From: Octopus sinensis
Taxonomy: Eukaryota
Assembly: GCF_006345805.1 (NCBI RefSeq)
Contig: NW_021834422.1
Coordinates: forward strand, 1 to 48,022
Reading direction: 5' to 3'
Length of the DNA stretch: 48,022 nt
Shown here: positions 38,141 through 48,022 of the stretch, in pieces
Layout of the letters: every line of letters begins with the position of its first letter
Numbering within the stretch: position 1 is the first letter of the stretch
Program-made: the position numbers and the translations under genes
Notes under the pieces: generated by a model
Databases searched by the model: none
What the model was told of the DNA's origin: nothing
Seen by the model: the letters and a program-made list of their open reading frames with translations, nothing else

Positions 38141-38442
38141 GGAGGCACATGGCCTAGTGGTTAGAGCAGCAGATTCGCGATCGAGGTGTTGCGGGTTCGA
38201 ACCTCAGACCGGGCGATGTGTGTGTTTATGAGCAAAACACCTAAGCTCCACGCAGCTCCGGCAGAAGGGAATGGCGAACTTCTGCTGACTCTTTCGCCAC
38301 AACTTTCTCTCACTCTTTCCACCTGCATCTTGCAGCTCACCTGCGGCAGAATGACGTCCCATCCATGTGGGGAACCTATATGCCAAGGAAATTGGGAAAC
38401 CGGCCCTTATGAGCCAGGCATGGCTCGAGAAGGAACAAACAA
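38141..38442 (+). mobile_element. SINE C
   Basis: Matches 1250-1554. Confidence 0.9.
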
Positions 38443-38558
38443 TGTATGTATGTAAAGAGGATTAGATAGGTCTCAGCAAATTAAATTAGAAGCACTTCCA
38501 TGTATCTTTTGTTCACTACACACACATACACACATATATATGCACATACATACAGAGG

Positions 38559-38592
<34 letters not shown>

Positions 38593-38908
38593 GACTGAAA
38601 GAGAGAGAGAGAGAGAGAAAGACAGAGCACATGAGAGAGACTTGCTGTATAAACATCAAAAGATGACACAGAGTCATTAAGAGCTCAATAAATGAAGGGT
38701 CGTTGAACTTCCAACACATTACTACATTGCAGTAAATCCAAGCAGGACCGACTTGCAAGTATATTCATAATCAGCTAAAAACAATCTTTAAGAGCAACAT
38801 ACTTAGAATAAAAGCTGAAAGGCATAAATTTCACAAGCAGTTCATACTCTGCGTTCAACAGCTGTTTCATTAAGATAAACACCATTAAATGTATAATTAC
38901 ATTATTGC

Positions 38909-39150
38909 AAAGTATAATAGCCATCTCAATATGGCTAACCACAAAGGGTGGGTGTTACTGTAGCTTTTAGCCCCAGGAAATCATCATCTCCAGCTGGTTT
39001 TAGGCACACTATCTGTGCCCTAAGGGCAAATTCCATAAGGGCACAGATAGTGTGCCTAAAGCCAGCTGGAGACGATGATCTCCTGGGGCTAAAAGCTACA
39101 GTAACACCCACCCTTTGTGGTTAGCCATATTGAGATGGCTATTATACTTT
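38909..39150. repeat. Near-perfect palindrome / fold-back element, 113-bp arms
   Basis: Arms 38909-39021 and 39038-39150, 3 transition mismatches, 16-nt loop. Confidence 0.95.
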
Positions 39151-39281
39151 ACATTGTCGAGCGGTTACTGTTTACATCTCATTCAGAGATTTAATAATAC
39201 ATTATTGCAGTCATTAATTAATTTAAATTAAATTAATTAATTTGTAATTATAAATAACTATTTAGTAAGTGTTCGTCTTAC

Positions 39282-39615
39282 CTCATCCATAATATTTTGC
39301 TCAATCTCTTGCAGAGGAATCCCATACAAATCCTTAGATAGTGGTCCCACACATTCAGGTAAGACTTTCCGATGAGAGATTTTTGGCTGACGAACTAGCC
39401 GTGAAGGACAACGATGTTGATTGGTTTTATTCTGTTTGCTTTGATGCACAACAGCATCAGTACTGCACCTGCTACTGGTGTTGCAGTCCAATGCATTTTG
39501 AGACAACCATGCAAACCTGGTTGTGTTGCTTCTTGCTTCGGATGGTCTTTCACATCCGTTTGGTTCACTGTATTTGATAAAGACGTATGTCTGGCGGACA
39601 CTTTCTTCATTCGTG
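39282..39615 (-). CDS. Nav2: Coding exon, cytoplasmic N-terminus of Nav2 (DSC1/BSC1-like) channel alpha subunit
   Basis: Acceptor TCTATTTTCAG|C and donor GAG|GTAAGA. 334 nt (1 nt + 111 codons), open throughout. Ends RKVLPECVGPLSKDLYGIPLQEIEQNIMDE, in register with the recalled Nav2/DSC1 motif VLPxxxxPxxxxYGxPLxEIxxxIxxE that precedes TF(C/V)VV. Confidence 0.72.
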
Positions 39616-39799
39616 CTGAAAATAGACCAAGAAACACGGAAGATGTTTAAAGAAGAAACTTCAAGAAGTTATGGGTATAAATGTAGGGGATGGATAGTAA
39701 AGATACTGAATACATCAAGGGCCAAGTAAATAAATAATTTATTTTTAAAAAAATGAACAAAATCAAAAGCAAACTCGATGAACATTAATGGAATTTGTA

Positions 39800-40133
39800 G
39801 TTTTGTGGTACCAGTGCTGGTGGCACATACAAAAACCATCCGAATGTGGCCGTAGCCAGTACCGCATTGACTGGCCTCCGTGCTGGTGGCACGTAAAAAA
39901 CACCATCCGAGCATGGCCGTTTGCCAGCCTCGTCTGGCACCTGTGTCGGTGGCACATAAAAAGCACCCACTACACTCATGGAGTGGTTGGCGTTAGGAAG
40001 GGCATCCAGCTGTAGAAACACTGCCAGGTCTGACTGGCCTGGTGCAGCCTTCGAGCTTCCCAGACCCCAGTTGAACCGTCCAACCCATGCTAGCATGGAA
40101 AGCGGACGTTAAACGATGATGATGATGATGATG
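39800..40133 (+). mobile_element. Family E element with 3 tandem GGTGGCAC(A/G)TA subrepeats and RTE-type tail
   Basis: Ends GGACGTTAAACGATGATGATG. Confidence 0.8.
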
Positions 40134-40144
40134 AAAGAGATGAA

Positions 40145-40625
40145 GTGAATTAGGGATCATAATAGTTTAGGGAATAGATTGATGAATTACAGTTTAATAG
40201 CTAGTGAAATAACAATTGGGAGTTGGATGAAAAATTAGGGTTCAAAATAATTTGAGGATCAAGAGGAATTTATGACCAAGATGGATTAGAGATCAAGATG
40301 AATAGGAATCAAAATTAGGGATCAAAATGGATAAGAGCTCACAATAGATTAGGGATCAATACAAATTAGGGTTCAAGATGAATTAGACATCAAAATATAG
40401 GAGCAGTCAAGATGAATTAAGGATCACAATTAGGGATCAAAATGGATAAGGGCTCACAATAGATTAGGGATCAATATAAATTAGGGTTCAAGATGAATTA
40501 GACATCAAAATATAGGAGCAGTCAAGATGAATTAAGGATCACAATTAGGGATCAAAATGGATAAGGGCTCACAATAGATTAGGGATCAATATAAATTAGG
40601 GATCAAGATGAATTAGGCATCAAAG
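40145..40625 (+). repeat. TTAGGG-containing minisatellite with a 115-bp higher-order repeat
   Basis: CAAAATGGATAAG at 40323, 40438 and 40553; built from roughly 16-20-bp monomers like AATTAGGGATCAAGATG. Confidence 0.85.
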
Positions 40626-40725
40626 TATATGAGCATCAAAGTATATGGGTTGTTCTAATCAACTGACCCCTTCCCAAAAATTTCGGGCCTATTGCCTAGA
40701 GTAGAAAACAAGATTTCATTTTACT

Positions 40726-41157
40726 AAGGTAGTGAGCCAGCAGAAACGTTAGCATGCTGGGCAAAATGCTTAGTGGTATTTTGTCTGTTCTGAGTTCAAA
40801 TTCCGCCAAGGCTGACTTTGCCTTTCATCCTTTCGGGGTCGATAAATTAAGTACCTGTTGCACACTGGGGGTCGAGCTAATCAACTGTTCCTGGTCCCCA
40901 AATTTCAGGCCTTGTGCCTAGAGAAGAAAAGAATATTTCATTTTTTTGTCAAGGCGGCAAGCTGGTGGAATTGTTAGTATGCTGGGTGAAATGCTTGTCT
41001 GTCTTTATGTTCTGAGTTCAAATTCTGCCAAGGTCAACTTTGCCTTTCATCCTTTCAGGGTCGAAAATTAAGTACCAATTGTTTACTGGGGTCGATCTAA
41101 TCGACTGGCCCCCACCCCCAAAATTTCAGGAGTTGTGCCTAGAGCAGAAAGAATCTT
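40726..41157 (+). mobile_element. Two tandem SINE A2 copies
   Basis: Family match (40726-40935, 40950-41157). Confidence 0.85.
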
Positions 41158-41210
41158 GTTTAAAGTGAACAAGACTTGTGTACCATCAACCTCACTCACT
41201 CGTCTGTGCC

Positions 41211-41567
41211 CATCTGATAATGGAACTCTGGTTCAGTGGTAAGACAAAGTCAAGTTGTCTGGGAATGCAGTGGATGACCCTAATATCTTCATATGCTTCA
41301 TCTTGCTCTCTGCACTCTGCAATATGTTGCTGCGGCTGTCTTTCCCTCCATTGAACCACGAAGGTTTTTTTTTCCATAGAGTCTCCTTGATCAAGTCTTT
41401 ACATGCATGGATAGGCAAACCATAATATGCTAATTAGTCCATAACTGGGACATTGAGAGGTACTAATACTCCAGGTCAGAATAGACCTCGGAACAATAGA
41501 AGCTAAAAGGTGGCTCCATACCCCTCAAAACCCTGGAATTTCTGAACCAGAGTTCCATTATCAGATG
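41211..41567. repeat. Exact 26-bp inverted repeat enclosing 305 bp
   Basis: CATCTGATAATGGAACTCTGGTTCAG at 41211-41236; its reverse complement at 41542-41567. Confidence 0.9.
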
Positions 41568-42563
41568 CATTTTAAAGTCGTAATTAGGTCGTCTTAAAGT
41601 CAATCATTATAACACCTCTTTAGACCCTTTCTCTAACACTTATGACAAATCACCAGACGCCTCTTTAAACAAAAAAGACAGGCAAATCTATAGAAGAAAA
41701 AAAACTTACAAAAACAAAATATTAAAACACCAAAAAAAAACCCCAGAGACATTTATATTTCCTTCATGCCAGATTTAGCCACCAGGGGGCTCTAAATTGA
41801 TGCACTCTAAAAACTATTTGGTGTAATCATACGTTGTATAGGTTTCAAAATGACAATAATAATAAAGGTATTGATGTTGTTGTTGGTGATGGTGGTGGTG
41901 GTGGTGGTGGTGGTGGTGGTGATTGTGGTGGTGGCGGTGTTGTTGTTGTTGCTGTTGTTGTTGTTGTAGAGTTTGATAGTGTGGCTGGCTGGCAGTAATT
42001 AAGATGAATTCATGTTTTTACTTCGGCACTTCAAGAGAGAGACGAAACTTAAGTCATCACTCACTCTTGTCATCATCACCACCACCACCACCACCACCAC
42101 CTAATCATCATCATCACCCCTGCTACAACTTTCACCATCACCATTACCACAACCACAACGACCACCACCACCACCATTACCATCACCACCATCATCCTAA
42201 TCACCACTGTCACCACCATCACCATCACCGTCACCATCATTGTGGTCATCATTTCGAAGCCAATAAAGGTGGTTTAACTGCTGTGAATATCAGCCAAAAT
42301 CTCCCCCAAATTACAACTTAATGTCTGAAGGAAAGATCATTCCGTTTGTTCAGAACCAACTTATGGTGAAATAACATTGTGATCACCATCACCTCCACCA
42401 CCACTAGTAATAAAAACAACAACAACAACAACACTACACATACCTCCCAATCACTTCCCCCTTTCAACTTCACACTCCTTCCTCACCTCCATCAAAATAC
42501 TCTTGTTCGTTTAGAAATATACTTTGTATATGTGTGTGTGAGTACATATAGGTATATACATAA

Positions 42564-42619
<56 letters not shown>

Positions 42620-42682
42620 TAATATATATATATATAGATATATATATATATATATAATATATATATATACATGGGTAGGCGC

Positions 42683-43055
42683 GGGCATGGCTGTGTGGTT
42701 AGGGAGCTTGCTTCCTAGCTACATGGTCTCGGGTTCAGTCCCACTGTGTGGCACTTTGGGTAGGTGTCTTCCACTATAGCCCCGAGTCGACCGAAGCTTT
42801 GTGATTGAATTCGGTAGGTGGAAGTTACTGCCGTGTGTGTATACATGCGTATAGCTGCTCAGTGCCTCTCCGAAAGAGAGAGAGGGATATATACAACAGG
42901 CTTCTTTCAGTTTCCAGCTACCAAATCCACTCACAGGGCTTTGGCTAACCCAAGGATATAGTAGAAGACACTTGCCCAAGGTGCTACGCAGTGGGACTGA
43001 ACCCGGAACCATGTGGCTGGTAAGCAAGCTACTTACCACAGAGCCACTCCTGTGC
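42683..43055. mobile_element. Two facing SINE B-type 5' halves (+ then -)
   Basis: Heads at 42683 (+) and 43055 (-). Confidence 0.75.
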
Positions 43056-43667
43056 CTATGTATCTTCCTCTCTCTCCCTCCCTCTCTCTCTCTATATATA
43101 TTCATACAGACACACAACACATACATAAGCACTCATACACTTGTACATGCATACCCATGCATATATATTTATTTTCTCAAAACAATTACAGGCTTATGTA
43201 AGAGAATGAATGTGTATATATACACCTTGGTTTATATGTATATAAAACTGAACTTACACACACACATACACACAAATAGATAGATAGATAAATAGATAGA
43301 TAGATGGATAGACAGACATATACATGCACATATAACATTCACATTGATGAATTTTACTGCCTTCTCCTTTCAAAATATTTGTAATATTTGTGTGTGTGCA
43401 TGTACATGCATGCACACACACACACACAGATGCTTAGACACATACATATATGCCAGTATGGAATCCGACACTTGCCAGCATTGAAGACAGACATTAAATG
43501 ATGATAAACATTTTATTTCATAATATACACACATATATATAAGGATTGTCTAATATAAACTGTCCATGCATTTCCTTCTTTTTATATTATTTTTCACTGT
43601 AATTCACCATGTGGAGAAAAATCTTTTGTCATCAAACCATTTCACCATACATATATATATATATATA

Positions 43668-43936
43668 TTCGCGGTCGTAGGATCGCAGTTTCGATTCCCA
43701 GACCGGGCGTTGTGAGTGTTTATTGAGCGAAAACACCTAATACTCCACGAGGCTCCGGCAGGAGGTGGTGGCGATCCCTGCTGTACTCTTTCGCCACAAC
43801 TTTCTCTCATTCTTTCTTCTGTTGGCCTGCTCGCTTAGCCACCGGGGTGGCGTCATTTGAAGGCTAAAACAATGCGAAGCGCATTGTTACCAGCGATGTG
43901 TAACAACATCTGATAGCCTGGTCGGTCACGGTGATA
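43668..43936 (+). mobile_element. SINE C variant with a different 3' tail
   Basis: Shares AGACCGGGCG...AACACCTAA...CTCTTTCGCCACAACTTTCTCTCA with family C, then diverges. Confidence 0.75.
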
Positions 43937-44310
43937 TATATATATATATAGTTAATCCAAACAAGAAAGCACAAAAAAAACACAACAACGCGAGGACGTA
44001 GAACAAATATAGTATTATTGGATGCTCAGGAAAGAAGGAAAGAAGGAGGGTTTAACGTTTCAAGCGGAGCTCTTCGTCGGAAACATAGGGGAAGGAAAGA
44101 TCCAGAGAAGGGAAGACAGAGGAAAAAAAATCGCCAACGGTACACACGCGGTCACACACACATATATATATATATATATATAGATAGATAGATAGATAGA
44201 TAGATTGGTAGATAGGTAGGTAGGTAGAGGTAGATCGGTAGGTAGGTAGATAGATAGACAGATAGATAGATAGGTAGGTAGGCAGGTAGGTAGGTAGGTA
44301 GGTAGGTAGG

Positions 44311-44353
<43 letters not shown>

Positions 44354-44401
44354 GTAGGTAGGTAGGTAGGTAGGTAGGTAGGTAGGTAGATCGGTAGGTA
44401 G

Positions 44402-44456
<55 letters not shown>

Positions 44457-44477
44457 GTAGGTAGGTAGGTAGGTAGG

Positions 44478-44511
<34 letters not shown>

Positions 44512-44606
44512 TGTTTCTTTATTAGCCACACAGGGCTGCACACAGACGGGACAAATTACAAGGTAGAGCTTTTCTTTTGGGGATAAAAAAAGTGGGGTTG
44601 GTTTTC

Positions 44607-44684
<78 letters not shown>

Positions 44685-44812
44685 CTTTGCTCATTAATGG
44701 TACAGATCATATTGAACTTAGAAAAGACTACCCCAAGTGATGCTATGAAATCATATTAGGGTACCATAGCCCATCAAACAGGGAAATGTTGTTTACTGAG
44801 ATATATCAATAT

Positions 44813-45027
44813 TCTAGGGAGTTCTAAAAAGTTCTCTGGCTGTAAGGGTATCACAAACGGCCAGGCTGGGGACCCAACCGTCTGAGATCTTCTACAAAAC
44901 TTAGAAAAACTGAAGGATTTCTGCAATAAGTGAGTGAATCTGAGAGGGGAACATATTGAATAAAATCATAACTGATCTTTCTGTATTTCTTTTACCCAAA
45001 GCCAGGAACTTTGCAATACCCCTTCAT
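44813..45027. mobile_element. Tc1/mariner-like MITE, diverged second copy
   Basis: Shares the internal AATCTGAGAGG...AAATCATAA segment and the right TIR AGCCAGGAACTTT with 11975-12195. Confidence 0.65.
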
Positions 45028-45052
45028 ATGTGTGTGTGTATGTGTGTATATA

Positions 45053-45083
<31 letters not shown>

Positions 45084-45501
45084 GCATACACATACATACA
45101 TGCATGTATATATATAATATATATGTGGTAGTAGTAGATATACTCTAAGTTATATTTGTATGTATGTACGTATGTATGTATGTATGTATGTATGTATGTA
45201 TGTATGTATGTGTATATATATACTCAAGCACACACACATGCACACAAACACACATACAGAAACACACACACATATATGTAAATATCTGTATATGTGCTCC
45301 AGCATGGCCATAGTTAAATGACTTAAACAAGTAAAATATAAAGGTGTATGCATACATGTTACGCACATATAAATATCTATATACTTGCATACATAGATAC
45401 ATATGTGCACACGCGCACACACACACGAACATACATAATATACAGATACTCAACACTAGTTAATGTATGTCTATGAATTGAATATGCATATATATATATA
45501 G

Positions 45502-45533
<32 letters not shown>

Positions 45534-45813
45534 TATATATAATATATATATGTATAATCTATGTATATATATATATAATATGTATATATATATATGTATA
45601 TGTATATATATATATACATACATATATATGCATATTTATATACATATATATGCATATATATATATATATATACATACATACATATATATATGCACACACA
45701 CACACACACACACATATATATACATACATACATACATATCTATATATATCAGCTTTTGTGTACAGGTATGATTTTTTTTTAGGTCAAGTTTGAATGTACT
45801 TTTGTGAGTTTAC

Positions 45814-45869
45814 CTGCATTGTGCAATGATTGCACCGTCCATGGAGGTTGTGTTAGTTGCTGTTGACAT
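45814..45869 (-). CDS. Putative first coding exon of Nav2-type voltage-gated sodium/cation channel (MSTATNTTSMDGAIIAQC-S)
   Basis: First ATG (45869) after an in-frame TAG (45947-45945); a second in-frame ATG at 45842. Ends at donor CAG|GTAAAC in phase 2, which matches the phase needed by the 39615 exon. Lies in a CpG-rich unique segment. No homology support for this exon itself. Confidence 0.5.
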
Positions 45870-46110
45870 TGCTGCTGATGACAGTGATGATGACGGTTCT
45901 GTTGTTGATGTTGTTGTTGTTGTTGTTGTTGTTGTCGTCGTCGTCTACCCGACAAATTCCCCGGGTAGTACATCGTCCGGCTACGAGAACAGCAAGAAGT
46001 GCACGTCTGAACGACCGTCGATGATGATGATGTTACGAAACATCGCAAAGAAGTGGCGAAGCCTGCGACAGATCGGCGCAAATGTAAACCTGGCGGCTTG
46101 TTTTTCTTCA

Positions 46111-46279
46111 TGATTGATTTCAATGAGATTATCTCACCTGCCACCCACTGACAAATCAACTTCTCACCTCACTCACCTGGACAACCAAAAGCCCCAGCAC
46201 ACCTGTCCTTTGCCTCTCTCTTTTTCGCAAATCATATCTTCGCTGGACTTTTCATATTGATTTCTCACCTGTGATTGAT
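46111..46279. promoter_or_regulatory. Motif cluster: 4x CACCTG E-box, 2x TGATTGAT, 1x TATTGATTT
   Basis: CACCTG at 46135, 46174, 46200 and 46266, all in the same orientation; TGATTGAT at 46111 and 46272; TATTGATTT at 46255. Directly upstream of the putative first exon. Confidence 0.45.
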
Positions 46280-46322
46280 GTTTCATAGTTTCTCTTTACA
46301 AACTGTATGTATGTGAGTATGA

Positions 46323-46355
<33 letters not shown>

Positions 46356-46403
46356 TGTGTATATGTGTGTGAATGTGTGTACATATATACAGATGTACAA
46401 CAT

Positions 46404-46434
<31 letters not shown>

Positions 46435-46444
46435 CACACACACA

Positions 46445-46524
<80 letters not shown>

Positions 46525-46776
46525 CATATATGTATATGAATGTGTGTATATGCATACACATAAGTATTATGAATATTTATAGTGCTTAAAAGAAGATTGG
46601 GAAGACTTAAAGTCAGTTTAGTACTCAATACCTAATGTAGAGTATATAATTCCTTTATTAACGATTAAATACCCTATAATTTGTACGGCTGCCTCAATAC
46701 ATAAGGACCTTTATGACAGTAAGAATGAATCACATGTGTGTATGTGTGCGTGTATTACAGTATCGCAATATTGACC

Positions 46777-47193
46777 AGGCATAGGAGTGGCTGCGTGGTA
46801 AGTAGCTCGTTTACAAACTACATGGTTCTGGGTTCAGTCCCACTGCATGGCACCTTGGGCAAGTATCTTCTACTATAGCCTTGGGTCGACCAAAGCCTTG
46901 TGAGTGGATTTGGTAGAAGGAAACTGAAAGAAGCCCATCGTATATATGTATATATGTATGTATGTGTGTATATGTTTGTGTGTCTGTGTTTGTCCACTCC
47001 CAACATCGCTTGACAACTGATGCTGGTATGTTTGCGTCCCCGTAACTTAGCAGTTCGGGAAAAGAGACTGATAGAATAAGTACTAAGCTTACAAAGAATA
47101 AGTCCCGGGGTCGATTTGCTCGACTGAAAGGCAGTGCTCCAGCATGGCCACAGTCAAATGACTGAAACAAGTAAAAGTGTAAAGAGTAAAGAG
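46777..47193 (+). mobile_element. SINE B
   Basis: Family match. Confidence 0.9.
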
Positions 47194-47704
47194 ACCATCA
47201 AATACTGTTATACACCACTGGTCACAATGTGTTTCCAGTTCTGTCTTGGTTGCACTGTTGTGACCCAAATTGTGACCCAAATTGCTATTGTGACCCAAAT
47301 TGCTTAACTAAATCATCTTCCCTTCATTGAGGAGGCCTTCCAGATTCTTTGCCAATGTTGCATACAGTCTGAGATCGTGTGCAACATTGAGAAGCAGTTT
47401 AGAAAGTGAACGTGTCATGCTACTTGTGAAAAACACTTAACAGCAATTCTAGTTGGGGCCACTGAGCCCTTTTATCTTTTACATTTACCTTTTCCACCAG
47501 AAGCATCAAGGAAATCTATTCTACATGGGTTGGATGTTGCCAGCTGTTTAACCTTTTAGTATTCTGGCCAAAATATTCTATCTTTTGTTCAAACAGACCA
47601 GCTCCAACTTTTCACACCTACCCTACATCTTAATTCAAAAATAAGCAATCGTAACATTGATATCCTGAAGCTATGAGATAATTCATGATTAATTCAAAAG
47701 AATG

Positions 47705-48022
47705 TGGAGCAAATTGACCCCAGTACTTATTCTTTGTAAGCCTAGTACTTATTCTATCGGTCTCTTTCGCTGAACTGCTAAGTTACGGGGATGTAAACAC
47801 ACCAGCATCGGTTGTCAAGCGATGTTGGGGGGACAAGCACAGACACACATACATATACACACACATATATACATATACATATATATGACAGGCTTCTTTC
47901 AGTTTCCGTCTACCAAATCCACTCACAAGGCCTTGGTCGGCCCGAGGCTATAGTAGAAGACACTTGCCCAAGTAGAAGACAATTGCCATGCAGTGGGACT
48001 GAACCCAGAACCATGTGGTGGT
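47705..48022 (-). mobile_element. SINE B (runs off the window end)
   Basis: Family match. Confidence 0.9.

Noticed and set aside
40145-40625. Interstitial telomere or G-quadruplex
   Set aside because: The TTAGGG units are not contiguous and the G-tracts are too far apart for a canonical G4.
41192-41377. MEKKTFVV resembling the Nav KTFVV motif
   Set aside because: It lies upstream of exon 2 (wrong order), and the downstream residues do not match KRF/IHRF.
45826-46113. Plus-strand ORF with HMG-like LRNIAKKWRSL
   Set aside because: The match is too short, there is no rest of an HMG box, and it is antisense to the putative Nav2 leader.

Overview
AT-rich, microsatellite-saturated animal genomic DNA. 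The tRNA-derived SINE families, LINE relics and repeat density fit an octopus (coleoid cephalopod); this is an inference. Most of the window is simple repeats and mobile elements: at least five SINE-like families, RTE, CR1, R4/Dong-like and Penelope relics, a hAT MITE, mariner-like MITEs, a Helitron and fold-back elements. Almost all ORFs in the supplied track are microsatellite or SINE artefacts. The one credible host gene is on the minus strand: two 5' coding exons (45869-45814 and 39615-39282) splice in frame to a 130-aa N-terminus. It ends in VLPECVGPLSKDLYGIPLQEIEQNIMDE, which matches the pre-domain-I motif of Nav2 (DSC1/BSC1-type) voltage-gated cation channels. I could not find the next conserved exon, so everything below 39282 is probably one very long intron. 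Highlights: (1) three separate hammerhead-ribozyme motifs in that putative intron, one apparently intact, in sense orientation and just 3' of a Penelope ORF; (2) a 172-codon ORF in another frame plus a 20-aa uORF overlapping the channel start; (3) a cluster of CACCTG, TATTGATTT and TGATTGAT motifs just upstream; (4) a 113-bp-arm palindrome 132 nt past the exon-2 donor and other dsRNA-forming structures; (5) a candidate 12-nt microexon; (6) clean nested insertions and an (AAT)n-associated LINE/SINE hotspot. All calls were made by eye; no database searches were run.
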